This document shows, piece by piece, positions 1 to 9,856 of a stretch of 61,271 nucleotides of DNA. The DNA lies in assembly GCA_035457525.1 (NCBI GenBank), contig DATIBN010000268.1, positions 1 to 61,271 of the forward strand, written 5' to 3'. The position numbers and the translations under genes were made by a program. The stretch is from Thermoanaerobaculia bacterium (GTDB lineage Bacteria > Acidobacteriota > Thermoanaerobaculia > UBA5066 > Gp7-AA6). How positions within the stretch are numbered: the first letter of the stretch is position 1; the number at the start of each line of letters is the position of its first letter. The notes under the pieces were generated by a model. It was not told the origin of the DNA, did not search any database, and saw nothing but the letters and a program-made list of their open reading frames with translations.

Positions 1-1
1 T

Positions 2-199
2 CACGAGATCCACTACCGCGTCGAGGCGTCTCATTACCTCTGGAAGATGGTTCGGAGGCTCGTCGGCACGCTGGTCGAGGTCGGAAGGGGAAAGATCGGC
101 GTCCCGGACGTCGAGCGGCTCCTGCGAGAGAAATCGGCCGGGCCGGCGGCGTGGACGGCGCCGCCGTCCGGCCTGTTTCTGGAGAAGGTGAAGTACTGA
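2..199 (+). CDS. truA: tRNA pseudouridine(38-40) synthase TruA, C-terminal fragment (5' end outside window)
   Basis: Frame 2 reads HEIHYRVEASHYLWKMVRRLVGTLVEVGRGKIGVPDVERLL...PPSGLFLEKVKY, then TGA at 197-199. The MVRrLvGtLveVGrG and PpsGLfLekVkY blocks are typical of the TruA C-terminus. It is absent from the ORF track because it is truncated. Confidence 0.7.
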   Translation, partial: HEIHYRVEASHYLWKMVRRLVGTLVEVGRGKIGVPDVERLLREKSAGPAAWTAPPSGLFLEKVKY

Positions 200-206
200 G
201 CGGCGG

Positions 207-2435
207 CTAGAGGACCTCGGCCGCCTCCTCGATCGCGCGCGCGAACGAGCTCGTCCAGATTCTGTGGAGTTCGGCCACCGGCTCATCGAGAAGGGGCGGG
301 CCACCGCCGGCGCGGACCTCCAGGCGCTCTCCCCCGACGCGGCCGATCACGTCCATCGGAACGCCTGCGGCTTGCGCCGCCGATTCCACGGAGCCCCGCT
401 CACCCGGCGAGAAGGTCACGAGAACGCGTCCCGTGCTCTCGCCGAAGAGGTGCGCCGAAGGCCGCGGTTCCGGCGCGAGGACGACGCTCGCGCCGAGGTT
501 CGCTTCCATCGCGCACTCGGCAAGCGCGACCGCGAGCCCGCCGTCGGACACGTCGTGCGCCGACGCCAGCCGACCTTCCCGAGCGAGCCCGACGAGGAGA
601 TCGACGAGGCGCCGTTCGGCCGCGAGGTCCACCTCGGGACAGGGCCCCTCGTCCCGGCCGTGGATCGTCCGCAGGAACTCGGACGCGCCGAGCTCGTCGC
701 GGGTCTTTCCGAAGAGCGCGACGAAGTCTCCCCGCCGCCGGAAGGGCATCGTCACCCGCCGTTCCACGTCGTCGAGCAGGCCGACCATGCCGACGGTCGG
801 CGTCGGGAGGATCGGCCGGCCGTCGGTCTCGTTGTAGAAGGAGACGTTTCCCGAAACCACCGGCGTCGAAAGTGCGCGGCACGCGTCCGCGAGTCCTCGC
901 ACCGCGGCCTCGAACTGCCCCATGATCTCGGGCCGCTCCGGGTTGCCGAAGTTCAGGCAGTCGGTGACGGCGAGCGGCCGCGCCCCGGTGGCCGCGATCG
1001 ACCGCGCCGCCTCGGCGACGGCGATCGCCGCGCCGCGATAGGGATCGCACGAGCAGAAGAAGGGGTTGACGTCGCTCTTGATCGCGATCGCCTTCGAGGT
1101 GCCCTTGATGCGCAGGACGGCGGCGTCGCCCCCGGGGCGTTCGACCGTGTTCGTCCCGACCATATGGTCGTACTGAGTCCAGATCCAGGATTTCCGCGCG
1201 ACGTTCGGCGAGGCAAGGATCCTCCGAAGGCACGCGCCGTAGCTCCCGGGCTCCGGCAGAGCCTCCCACCCGCGGGAGCCCACGGCCGCCGGCGCGACGC
1301 ATGGCCGGTCGTAGAGGGGCGCTCGGTCGGAAAGCGGCGCGGCCGGCAGGTCCGCGACGATCGCGCCGTCGAAGAAGAGCACGACCCGGCCGCTGTCGGT
1401 GACCCGGCCGATCTCGACCGCCTCGAGCTCCCATTTGCGGAAGACGTCCAGCGCCGTCTCGAGCCGGTCCCGGCGCGCGACGAGCAGCATCCGCTCCTGC
1501 GACTCCGAGAGGAGGATCTCGTAGGGCGTCATTCCGGTCTCCCGGACCGGCACCTTCGACAGGTCGATCTCGAGCCCCGACCCGGCGCGCCCCGCCATCT
1601 CGAAAGAAGACGACGTCAGGCCCGCCGCCCCCATGTCCTGGATCCCGACGACCGCGTCCGTCCGGAAGAGCTCCAGGCACGCCTCCATGAGGAGCTTCTC
1701 GGTGAACGGGTCGCCAACCTGCACCGTCGGTCGCTTCTGCCGCGTCTCGTCGCCCGCGAACTCCTCGGAAGCCATCGTGGCGCCGTGAATTCCGTCGCGG
1801 CCGGTCTTCGACCCCACGTAGATCACGGGGTTGCCGGCGCCCTCGGCGCGGCCGCGGAAGATGCGGTCCTTCTCGACGATGCCCACGTTCATCACGTTCA
1901 CCAGGATGTTGCGGTCGTACGCCGGGTGAAAGGTCGTCTCGCCGCCGACCGTGGGGATGCCGATGCAGTTGCCGTAGCCGGCGATGCCCCGCACGACTCC
2001 GTCCACGAGGTGGCGCATGCGCGGCGCGTCGAGGTGGCCGAAGCGCAGCGAGTCGAGCGACGCGATCGGCCGCGCTCCCATCGTGAAGATGTCGCGGAGG
2101 ATGCCGCCGACGCCGGTCGCGGCGCCCTGGTACGGCTCGATGAACGAGGGGTGGTTGTGCGACTCCATCTTGAAGGCGACGGCGAGACCGTCGCCGATGT
2201 CCACGATCCCGGCGTTCTCACCGGGTCCCTGGATGACGCGCGGTCCGGTGGTCGGCAGCTTCTTCAGGTGCACGCGGGAGGACTTGTAGGAACAGTGCTC
2301 GCTCCACATCGCCGAGAAGATCCCGAGCTCGACCAAGTTGGGCTCGCGTCCGAGGATCTCGACGATGCGGTCGTACTCGTCGGCCGAGAGGTTGTGCTCC
2401 TCGATCAGCTCGCGGGGGTGCGCGGCGGAGGTCAT
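207..2435 (-). CDS. purL: Phosphoribosylformylglycinamidine synthase subunit PurL (FGAM synthase II)
   Basis: The internal ATG at 2435 of ORF 207..2873 gives [53 protein letters not shown]..., the canonical PurL N-terminus. The upstream 146 codons are Arg/Pro-rich and not credible as coding. ATGA overlap with the purQ stop. Confidence 0.95.
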   Translation of the reverse strand: MTSAAHPRELIEEHNLSADEYDRIVEILGREPNLVELGIFSAMWSEHCSYKSSRVHLKKLPTTGPRVIQGPGENAGIVDIGDGLAVAFKMESHNHPSFIEPYQGAATGVGGILRDIFTMGARPIASLDSLRFGHLDAPRMRHLVDGVVRGIAGYGNCIGIPTVGGETTFHPAYDRNILVNVMNVGIVEKDRIFRGRAEGAGNPVIYVGSKTGRDGIHGATMASEEFAGDETRQKRPTVQVGDPFTEKLLMEACLELFRTDAVVGIQDMGAAGLTSSSFEMAGRAGSGLEIDLSKVPVRETGMTPYEILLSESQERMLLVARRDRLETALDVFRKWELEAVEIGRVTDSGRVVLFFDGAIVADLPAAPLSDRAPLYDRPCVAPAAVGSRGWEALPEPGSYGACLRRILASPNVARKSWIWTQYDHMVGTNTVERPGGDAAVLRIKGTSKAIAIKSDVNPFFCSCDPYRGAAIAVAEAARSIAATGARPLAVTDCLNFGNPERPEIMGQFEAAVRGLADACRALSTPVVSGNVSFYNETDGRPILPTPTVGMVGLLDDVERRVTMPFRRRGDFVALFGKTRDELGASEFLRTIHGRDEGPCPEVDLAAERRLVDLLVGLAREGRLASAHDVSDGGLAVALAECAMEANLGASVVLAPEPRPSAHLFGESTGRVLVTFSPGERGSVESAAQAAGVPMDVIGRVGGERLEVRAGGGPPLLDEPVAELHRIWTSSFARAIEEAAEVL

Positions 2436-3142
2436 GCCGTGGCGAGCGTCGCGACCGCCGACTCGAACATCTTGCGGCCGACGTCGTTGCCGAGTATGCC
2501 CTCGGCGCAGCGGTCGGGGTGCGGCATGAGGCCGACGATGTTGCCCTCCCGGTTCGCGATGCCCGCGATCCCGGCCGTCGCGCCGTTGGGGTTCGCCTCG
2601 TCGGTGACGCGGCCCTCCGCGTCGCAGTAGCGGAACACCACTCCGGCTTCGAACTCGAGCCCGGTCAGCGTCTCGGGCGGCGCCGTGTAGTTGCCCTCGC
2701 CGTGGCCGATCGGCATCTTCACGATCTGTCCCGGCTCGTAGAGCCGGGTGAACGCGGTGGACGCGTTCTCCACACGCATGTGGACGTCCTTGCAGACGTA
2801 TCGAAGGCCGCGGTTGACCCGCACCGCGCCGGGCAGGAGCCCGGCCTCGAGCAGAACCTGGAACCCGTTGCAAATTCCCAGCACCGGCCCGCCGTCCATC
2901 GCGAAGCGGGTGACGGCCTCCATCACCGGCGAGAAGCGCGCGAGCGCGCCGGCCCTCAGGTAGTCGCCGTAGGCGAAGCCGCCGGGAAGGATGACGACGT
3001 CGGCGCCCTTCAGGTCGGTGTCGCGATGCCAGACGTACTCGGCGTCGCAGCCCAGGAGCTCGGTTGCGACGTGATGGCAGTCCTGGTCGCAGTTCGACCC
3101 GGGAAAGACGACGATTGCGAACTTCGGCTTGCCGCCCCTCAC
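2432..3142 (-). CDS. purQ: Phosphoribosylformylglycinamidine synthase glutaminase subunit PurQ
   Basis: GTG at 3142 overlaps the purS stop (GTGA). Reads [13 protein letters not shown]...[14 protein letters not shown]...GICNGFQVL...MPHPDR, the class I amidotransferase motifs of PurQ. Sits between purS and purL. Confidence 0.9.
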   Translation of the reverse strand: MRGGKPKFAIVVFPGSNCDQDCHHVATELLGCDAEYVWHRDTDLKGADVVILPGGFAYGDYLRAGALARFSPVMEAVTRFAMDGGPVLGICNGFQVLLEAGLLPGAVRVNRGLRYVCKDVHMRVENASTAFTRLYEPGQIVKMPIGHGEGNYTAPPETLTGLEFEAGVVFRYCDAEGRVTDEANPNGATAGIAGIANREGNIVGLMPHPDRCAEGILGNDVGRKMFESAVATLATA

Positions 3143-3387
3143 GGCTCGGAGGGGATGCGCACGTCGAAGCCTTCGATCACGGTGTTCGCCAGAAGCTCCT
3201 CCGCCATGCGGCGCGCCTCCGCCTCGACGGCGGCCGGATCCGTGCCGTCGACTTCCAGGAAGAAGATCTTCCCGGCCCGGACGTCCTCCACCGAAGCGTG
3301 ACCCAGCCGCCCGAGGGCGGAGGCGATCGCGCGGCCCTGCGGGTCGAGCACGCCCTCCTTCGGGTAGACGCGGACCTCGACCTTCAT
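3139..3387 (-). CDS. purS: Phosphoribosylformylglycinamidine synthase subunit PurS
   Basis: 82-aa product [29 protein letters not shown]..., of typical PurS size and sequence. ATGA overlap with the upstream MBL gene stop. Confidence 0.85.
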   Translation of the reverse strand: MKVEVRVYPKEGVLDPQGRAIASALGRLGHASVEDVRAGKIFFLEVDGTDPAAVEAEARRMAEELLANTVIEGFDVRIPSEP

Positions 3388-4154
3388 GCGTCGAACGTCT
3401 CGTAGCCGTCGAACTGGTCGGCGGCGCCATAGGTCGCGCCGCACTCGGCGAGCTCGAGCGCGGCCCCGAGCGACGCCAGGGCGAGCGCCGGGGTGTTGTT
3501 GGACCGGGAGAGATGCGTCGCGATCACCCGCTTCAGGCGCTCCCCGGCGGTCGCCCGCACGGCCTCGGCGGACTGGCGGTTCGAGAGGTGGCCGAAGCCC
3601 CCGGCGATTCGCTGCTTGAGCGGCCACACGTAGGGACCGTCGCGGAGCATGTCCTCGTCGTGGTTGAACTCCAGGAGAAGCGTGGTCGCGCCCCGGAGGA
3701 AGTCGAGGAACTGACCTTGGACGTGGCCGAGGTCGGATGCCACGACCATCCGCGCATCGTCGGCCTCGAAGGCATAGGCGACCGACTCGTTGGAGTCGTG
3801 GGGCGTGTCGAGCGGTCGGAAGCCGATGTCTCCGACCCTCCCCTCGCGGCAGGACTCCATGCGCACGAAGGGCGAGAAGAGGTTGCCCTCGAGACCGAGC
3901 GCCGCTGCGGTCCCCCGGGTCGCGAAGATCGAGCACTCGAACCGAGCGGCGAAAGTCAGCGCCCCGATCGAGTGGTCGCCGTGCTCGTGCGTCAGGAAGA
4001 TGGCCGCGACCGTCTCGGGCTCGATGCCGCGCGCGAAGAGACGCTTCTCGATTTCCTTCGCCGAGAGCCCCGCGTCGACCAGCACCCGGGTCCGACCCGA
4101 CTCGACGACGCAGGCGTTTCCACCCGAGCCGGAGGCGAGCACGGAGACGCGCAC
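3384..4154 (-). CDS. MBL-fold metallo-hydrolase
   Basis: 256-aa ORF with a GTG start. Carries the HxHxDH motif (THEHGDH) and later H/D ligands (TPHD, GHLS). First gene of the pur operon. Confidence 0.8.
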   Translation of the reverse strand: MRVSVLASGSGGNACVVESGRTRVLVDAGLSAKEIEKRLFARGIEPETVAAIFLTHEHGDHSIGALTFAARFECSIFATRGTAAALGLEGNLFSPFVRMESCREGRVGDIGFRPLDTPHDSNESVAYAFEADDARMVVASDLGHVQGQFLDFLRGATTLLLEFNHDEDMLRDGPYVWPLKQRIAGGFGHLSNRQSAEAVRATAGERLKRVIATHLSRSNNTPALALASLGAALELAECGATYGAADQFDGYETFDA

Positions 4155-4232
4155 GCGAAGAAGGTTAACAGACGCCGAGACAAATGATGTCTTAGCCCCG
4201 ATGGCACGGAAGAGACAGTGCCGAAAAGACGC

Positions 4233-4256
4233 GGGGTCAGGCTTTAGCCTGACCCC
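4233..4256. repeat. Minimal palindromic element GGGGTCAGGC-TTTA-GCCTGACCCC, with a second solo CTGACCCCTCTTC arm at 4280-4292
   Basis: Perfect 10-bp inverted repeat read directly. On the - strand it is followed by GCGTCTTTT, so it could act as the dut terminator. Same arms as the elements at 43701 and 50165. Confidence 0.8.
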
Positions 4257-4359
4257 TCTTCATTGGAATCGCCGATTCGCTGACCCCTCTTCGTTGACTT
4301 GGCCGAACCGTTGATCCCCAAAAAATAAATCCGTCCCCCTTTTCTACGCCTTCCGTCGT

Positions 4360-4809
4360 CTAGCTCTTCCCCGTCGAGCCGAATCCGCCGCCTCCCCGCC
4401 CGCTCGGCGGAAGCTCGGCAACGCGCTCGAACCGTCCCTGCGCGACCGGGGCGAAGACGAGCTGAGCGATGCGATCGCCGCGGTGGATGGTCGCGGGCTC
4501 GTTTCCCAGGTTCGCGACGATGACCCGGATCTCTCCCCTATAGTCCGAGTCGACGGTGCCGGGCGCGTTCAAGAGGGCGAGGCCCTTGTCGTGTGCGAGC
4601 CCGCTCCGCATCCGCACCTGTCCCTCGTAGCCCTCGGGTATCGCAACCGCGATCCCGGTCGGCACGAGCGCGCGTCCGCCCGGCGTGATCGTCAAGTCGG
4701 CCTCGATCGCGGCGCGCAGATCGCAGCCCGCGGAGCCTTCCGTCCCGTAACGCGGCAGCGCGAGGCCTTCCCCGTGGGGAAATACCTTCAGCGGCACGGT
4801 GATCGGCAT
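4360..4809 (-). CDS. dut: dUTP diphosphatase
   Basis: ATG at 4809 gives MPITVPLKV...GSAGCDLRA...RSGLA...GTVDSDYRGE...RGGGGFGSTG, the five dUTPase motifs. Confidence 0.9.
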   Translation of the reverse strand: MPITVPLKVFPHGEGLALPRYGTEGSAGCDLRAAIEADLTITPGGRALVPTGIAVAIPEGYEGQVRMRSGLAHDKGLALLNAPGTVDSDYRGEIRVIVANLGNEPATIHRGDRIAQLVFAPVAQGRFERVAELPPSGRGGGGFGSTGKS

Positions 4810-4849
4810 GGTCTTGGAAGCTGTATTCTTTCGCACGAGCGGGCACGCA

Positions 4850-7282
4850 ATGATTACGGGCGAAACCACGTTGGAGCGGGGCCGCGACGCGTTCCGGCGG
4901 CGACAGTGGCCGGACGCGTATGCCGGGCTGGATGAGGCGGACCGCGAGAGCTCCCTCGAGCCCGACGATCTCGACCGGCTCGCGACCTGCGCCTATCTGA
5001 CTGGACGCGACGACGAGAGCATCGACCTCTGGGCGCGCGCCCACCAGCTCTTCCTGGCGCGCGAGAACCCGCAGCGGGCGGCCCGCAGCGCGCTGTGGCT
5101 CGCCTTCGGGCTGCTGGCCCGCGGGAAGCTGGCTCCGGCCGCAGGCTGGCTCGCGCGTGCCGGCCGGATCCTGGAACACGAGGGGGACTGCGTCGAGCAG
5201 GGTCTCGCTCTCGCTCTGAACGCGATCCCGGTCATGTTCTCGGGAAAACCCTCCGAGGCGCTGCCGATGTTCGAGAGAGCCGCCCGGATCGGCGAGCGCT
5301 ACGGTGATCCGGACGTCCTCACGCTCGGGCTCCTCGGTCAGGGAGACTGCCTGATCCGCCTGGGAAATGCGGCCGCCGGAACGAAGCTCCTGGACGAGGT
5401 GATGGTCGGCGTCACGGCCGGAGAAACGTCTCCGGTTCTGACCGGGCTCGTCTACTGCGCGGTGATCAGCGCCTGCCACTCGACGTTCGATCTCCGCCGC
5501 GCGCACGAATGGACGGAGGCGCTCACGCGGTGGTGTGAGTCTCAAGCGGGTCTCGTCGCGTATCGCGGCGTCTGCCTGGTCCACCGCGCGGAGATCCTGC
5601 AGCTGAAAGGCGCCTGGCCGACCGCGGTGGAAGAGGTGCGGCTGGCTTGCGAAAAGCTGTCGGAACCGCCGGGTCATTCGTCGGTCGGCAGCGCCTACTA
5701 CATGCGAGGAGAGCTTCATCGACTCCGCGGAGAGTTCGCGGAGGCGGAAGAGGCCTATCGCCAGGCGAGTCTCGCCGGACGCAAGCCCGACCCGGGCCTC
5801 GCGGAGCTGCGCCTGGCCCAGGGACAGGTCGAGGCCGCGGCGGCCGCTATCCGGCGGATGTGCGAAGAGACGACCGATCGGCGGATGCGCTCCAGGATCC
5901 TCCCGGCGTTCGTGGACATCATGCTCGCCACCGGAGACGTCGAGGCGGCGCACAAAGGGAGCGAGCAGCTCTCCGAGATCGCCGGGACGCTCGACGCGCC
6001 GTACATCCGGGGCGTCGCGGCGCGCGCGAAAGGAGCCGTGCTTCTCGCCGAAGGCGACCCGCGCGCGGCTCTCGCCGCATTCCGGGAAGCGATGAAAGAT
6101 TTCCTCGAGGTCGCGGTACCGCACGACCTCGCGAGGGTTCGCGTTCTCGTCGCGCTCGCGTGCCGGCAGCTCGGCGACGAAGAAACGGCGAGGCTCGAGC
6201 TGGACGCGGCGCGTACGACGTTCGGAGAGCTCGGCGCGGCTCCGGAGCTGACTCGCCTCGACCAGCTCGCGGCGGGTCCCGTCTCATCTCTCTCCTCCGC
6301 GGGCACTCCGCGTCCGGCAACCAGGCTCCGACCGGGAGCGAGGCTCGGCCCTTACGAGATCGTCTCCTCGGTGGGCGCCGGCGGGATGGGTGAAGTCTTT
6401 CGCGCGCGAGACACCCGCCTCGGTCGCGATGTCGCCGTCAAGATCATCACCGGGACACAGGCCGGGGATTCGGACAGCATTCGACGCTTCGAGAAGGAAG
6501 CGCGTGCGGTCGCCTCGCTCTCCCACCCCAACATCGTGCCGCTCTTCGACATCGGGGAACAGAACGGGATTCGCTATGCCGTCTGCGAGTTCGTCGAGGG
6601 CGAGACCTTGCGCGCGCGCCTGAATCGCGGGCCGATCACGTTCGCGGAGGCCGTGGACATCGCGGCGCAGATCGCCGACGGGCTCTCGGCGGCGCACGAG
6701 AAGGGGTTCGTGCACCGCGACATCAAGCCGGACAACGTGGTGCTCGCGCGGCCCGACTACCCGAGAATCCTCGACTTCGGCCTCGCAAAGCGCTCGGCGG
6801 GAATCGCGGGCTCTCTGGCGCCGGAAGACGAGGCGACGCAGAGCGCCATCCTCACCGAGCCCGGGATCATCACCGGGACCGTGGGTTACATGAGCCCGGA
6901 GCAGGTGCGGGGCGAGCCGGTCGACGGCCGGTCCGACATCTTCTCGCTCGGGGTCGTCCTGTGGGAAATGCTCACGGGCCACCGCCCGTTCCACGGCGAC
7001 TCTCCCGTCGAAACCCTCTCCGCGATCCTCAGGGAGGAGCCGCCTCCCGACCCGGCCCTCGCGGGCCTTCCATCCGAGTTCGAACGCGTCCTCCGCCGCT
7101 GCCTCCAGAAGAAGCCAGAAGAGCGTTACGGGTCGGCCGCGGACCTCGCGCTCGATCTGCACCGGCTGGCGACGGAGATGGCGCCAACCAGCCGACGGGT
7201 CGTGACGCGGCGGCGGCAGGGCCTGGGGAGCGCGATCCGCACGTGGCTCCGGCCGTCGGGCGGCTCGCGGCGATCGTCCTGA
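4850..7282 (+). CDS. Ser/Thr protein kinase with a long N-terminal TPR-like (MalT/LuxR-type helical repeat) domain; kinase domain at the C-terminus
   Basis: C-terminal part carries GAGGMGEV, VAVK, HRDIKPDN, DFGLAK and GTVGYMSPE. The N-terminal ~490 aa are helical repeats. Start chosen at ATG 4850, because the earlier starts at 4799/4808 would overlap the divergent dut start. Confidence 0.8.
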   Translation: MITGETTLERGRDAFRRRQWPDAYAGLDEADRESSLEPDDLDRLATCAYLTGRDDESIDLWARAHQLFLARENPQRAARSALWLAFGLLARGKLAPAAGWLARAGRILEHEGDCVEQGLALALNAIPVMFSGKPSEALPMFERAARIGERYGDPDVLTLGLLGQGDCLIRLGNAAAGTKLLDEVMVGVTAGETSPVLTGLVYCAVISACHSTFDLRRAHEWTEALTRWCESQAGLVAYRGVCLVHRAEILQLKGAWPTAVEEVRLACEKLSEPPGHSSVGSAYYMRGELHRLRGEFAEAEEAYRQASLAGRKPDPGLAELRLAQGQVEAAAAAIRRMCEETTDRRMRSRILPAFVDIMLATGDVEAAHKGSEQLSEIAGTLDAPYIRGVAARAKGAVLLAEGDPRAALAAFREAMKDFLEVAVPHDLARVRVLVALACRQLGDEETARLELDAARTTFGELGAAPELTRLDQLAAGPVSSLSSAGTPRPATRLRPGARLGPYEIVSSVGAGGMGEVFRARDTRLGRDVAVKIITGTQAGDSDSIRRFEKEARAVASLSHPNIVPLFDIGEQNGIRYAVCEFVEGETLRARLNRGPITFAEAVDIAAQIADGLSAAHEKGFVHRDIKPDNVVLARPDYPRILDFGLAKRSAGIAGSLAPEDEATQSAILTEPGIITGTVGYMSPEQVRGEPVDGRSDIFSLGVVLWEMLTGHRPFHGDSPVETLSAILREEPPPDPALAGLPSEFERVLRRCLQKKPEERYGSAADLALDLHRLATEMAPTSRRVVTRRRQGLGSAIRTWLRPSGGSRRSS

Positions 7283-7325
7283 CCCGGGTACGGGATTCGT
7301 ACACGGCGATATCTTTCCTGGGAAC

Positions 7326-9764
7326 GTGACTCTTTCTCCGGGAACCCGCCTCGGGCCGTACGAGATCCAGAGCCCTCTCGGCCGGGGCGGCATGGGCGAG
7401 GTCTACCGCGCGCGCGATACCCGCCTCCAGCGCGACGTGGCGATCAAGATACTGCCGTCCATACTGGCGGCCGACCCGGAGAGCGTCCGGCGCTTCGAGA
7501 ACGAGGCCCGGGCGGTCGCCTCCCTGTCTCACCCCCACGTCGTGCCGCTCTTCGACGTCGGCGAGCACGAGGGAATACGGTACGCGGTCACGGAGCTCGT
7601 CTCCGGCGAGACGCTTCGAAGCCGCATGGCGCGGGGCGCTCTGCCCGCCGGAGAAGCCGCCGAGATCGCCGCGCAGGTCGCGGAGGGGCTGGGCGCCGCC
7701 CACGACCGGGGCCTCGTCCACCGTGACGTCAAACCGGAGAACGTCGTCTTGACGCCGTCGGGATTCGCGCGGGTTCTCGACTTCGGGCTCGCGAAGAGGG
7801 GCGGGCCGGTCATCGGGGCGGAAGCGGGCGAGGACGAACCGACCCGCAGCGAGCTCCTGACCGAACCGGGAGTGGTCGCCGGAACCGTTGGATACATGAG
7901 TCCGGAGCAGGTTCGCGGTGAGGTCGTGGACGCTCGGTCCGACGTTTTCTCGCTCGGGGTCGTGCTCTGGGAGATGCTGACCGGCCGGCGGCCTTTCCGG
8001 GGAGACTCGCACGTCGAGACCCTGAACGCGATCCTCAAGGAGGAGCCGCAGCCGGAGGATCTGGAAAGCCTCCCCCCGGATCTCGCCCGGATCGTCCGGC
8101 GTTGCCTGGAGAAACGGAAGGACTCCCGCTATCACTCCGCCGCCGACCTGGCGCACGACCTGCGCACCGCCGTCGAGCAGCCGCGGAGAACGGCAGCCGT
8201 TCCGCCGCCGGTCCGGCCGGCCCCCGGCCGGCGGAGATTGCGGATCGCCGGAGTCGCCGCCCTGTTCGTCGCAATCCTCGCCGGGGTGTACCTCATCGCA
8301 CGGCGAACCGCTCCGGCTCCTTCATCGGCCCTCCCCCGGACCCTTGCCGTGCTTCCTTTCCGCGCCATCTCGGCGGAAGGAATGCCGGAGCATTTCGGCC
8401 TGGGCCTTGCCGACTCGCTGATCGGCCGTCTCGCATCTCTTCGCGAGCTCACGGTCCGGCCGACGAGCGCGATCGCCCGTTACGAGACCGCGACCTCCGA
8501 CGCCAGCGAGATCGGCCGCCGCCTCGGGGTCGATGCCGTTCTCGAGGGCACCTATCAGAAGCTCGAAGGCATGACACGCGTGTCGGTTCAGATGACCGAC
8601 GTCTCCCGCGGCGGAATCCTCTGGAGCGATCGCATCGACCTGCCCGCAGGCAAGCTCTTCGAGCTGCAGGACACGATCTCCCGGCAGGTGGCCGAGAGGC
8701 TGCAGCTCGAGCTCGCGCCTTCGCTGAAACGCACGATCGGCCCCGCCCAGACGGTCCCGGACCGCGTTCTCGAACAGTACCTGGCCTCCCGCGCGAAGTT
8801 GAGCCGGATACCGAGCTCGGACGCATCCGTGCGCGAAGAGGTGGTCCGGTCCTTCGATTCGATCCTCGCGGAACAGCCGGACTTCGCGGCGGCGGTGGGA
8901 GCCCGCGCCTACGCCCGCGCGTGGCTGTCGTTCCTGCGGCCGGAGGTCGACCGATATCAGGCGGTGCTTTCGGACTGCGACCGGGCGCTCGCGCTCGATC
9001 CGGAGCTGGTGGAGCCACGGGTGGCGAGAGCTTCCGTCGCGTGGTCTGCTCTCGGAGGCTGGGACGTCGTCACCGCGGTCCGGGAGCTGAAGACGGCACT
9101 CTCGAAGTCTCCCGGTCTCGACATCGCATACTTCGATCTCGCCCGGATCTATGCGCACAACGGCTGGGCCGACGAATTCAACGCAGCGATCCGGGCCGGC
9201 GAAGCCATCAATCCCTCGGGGGAGGGGGACCGGCAGCGCGCGACATACTCCGTGTGGATCGAGGGCGATCCGAAGAAGGCGCGGAACACTTACCGGCAGC
9301 TGCCCCGAGAAATGCAGGGGCTCTGGGCCGTTCGGTGGCCGGAGGACTGGCTGGGAGGTCTGCTGGACGAGCCGGCCTCCATCGAAGCGCATATCCGCTC
9401 CGAACAGTCCCGGGCTCCCGAGGACTTGAAGCCCGCGTACTCCGCCATCCTCGCGATCCTCCTCGCACGCCAGGGAAAGAGCTTCGACGACGTCGAGCAG
9501 GAGATCCTGGCCTCCGATACGCGGATGGGACACTTTCACCACGTCTTCCACAATCTCGCCCAGGCTCACGCTTTCCGAGGCGAGGGCCCGGCGGCCGTCC
9601 GAATGCTCGAGCGAGCCGGCGAAACGGGGTTCCCGTGCGGACGGTGCTTCGACGTCGACACCGTGCTCGCGCCGATCCGCGGCGGGGACGGCTACGCCTC
9701 GGTTCGACGCGAAATGAATCGCCGCACGGGGGGCTATCGCGCGGCGCTGAAGGACGTTCTCTAG
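7326..9764 (+). CDS. Ser/Thr protein kinase: N-terminal kinase, one TM helix, extracytoplasmic/TPR-like C-terminal region
   Basis: GRGGMGEV, VAIK, HRDVKPEN, DFGLAK, GTVGYMSPE, then the hydrophobic IAGVAALFVAILAGVYLIA, then about 480 aa. GTG start. The kinase domain is clearly paralogous to the previous gene. Confidence 0.85.
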   Translation: MTLSPGTRLGPYEIQSPLGRGGMGEVYRARDTRLQRDVAIKILPSILAADPESVRRFENEARAVASLSHPHVVPLFDVGEHEGIRYAVTELVSGETLRSRMARGALPAGEAAEIAAQVAEGLGAAHDRGLVHRDVKPENVVLTPSGFARVLDFGLAKRGGPVIGAEAGEDEPTRSELLTEPGVVAGTVGYMSPEQVRGEVVDARSDVFSLGVVLWEMLTGRRPFRGDSHVETLNAILKEEPQPEDLESLPPDLARIVRRCLEKRKDSRYHSAADLAHDLRTAVEQPRRTAAVPPPVRPAPGRRRLRIAGVAALFVAILAGVYLIARRTAPAPSSALPRTLAVLPFRAISAEGMPEHFGLGLADSLIGRLASLRELTVRPTSAIARYETATSDASEIGRRLGVDAVLEGTYQKLEGMTRVSVQMTDVSRGGILWSDRIDLPAGKLFELQDTISRQVAERLQLELAPSLKRTIGPAQTVPDRVLEQYLASRAKLSRIPSSDASVREEVVRSFDSILAEQPDFAAAVGARAYARAWLSFLRPEVDRYQAVLSDCDRALALDPELVEPRVARASVAWSALGGWDVVTAVRELKTALSKSPGLDIAYFDLARIYAHNGWADEFNAAIRAGEAINPSGEGDRQRATYSVWIEGDPKKARNTYRQLPREMQGLWAVRWPEDWLGGLLDEPASIEAHIRSEQSRAPEDLKPAYSAILAILLARQGKSFDDVEQEILASDTRMGHFHHVFHNLAQAHAFRGEGPAAVRMLERAGETGFPCGRCFDVDTVLAPIRGGDGYASVRREMNRRTGGYRAALKDVL

Positions 9765-9770
9765 AAATGT

Positions 9771-9853
9771 CGCGGGGACAGGTCCAGCGGACCTGCACCC
9801 GCCGCAGTTCAAGCGCGGGGACAGGTCCAGCGGACCTGCACCCGCCGCAGTTC
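9771..9853. repeat. Two tandem 40-bp copies of a palindrome-containing repeat (CGCGGGGACAGGTCC-AGC-GGACCTGCACCCGCCGCAGTTC)
   Basis: Identical copies at 9771-9810 and 9814-9853. Each holds the CAGGTCC/GGACCTG hairpin. They fill the convergent gap between the kinase stop (9764) and the M16 peptidase stop (9857). Confidence 0.9.
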
Positions 9854-9856
9854 CGC

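Noticed and set aside
264-2630. 788-aa + strand ORF, plus several 100-430 aa ORFs, overlapping purL
   Set aside because: They lie antisense to, or out of frame with, an unambiguous purL. Their products are Arg/Pro/Gly-rich low-complexity strings, typical of spurious ORFs in very GC-rich DNA.
9771-9853. Possible CRISPR array (two identical 40-bp repeats)
   Set aside because: Only two copies are present, separated by 3 nt rather than a spacer. There are no cas genes in the window, and related copies occur singly at other intergenic sites. I treat it as REP-like instead.
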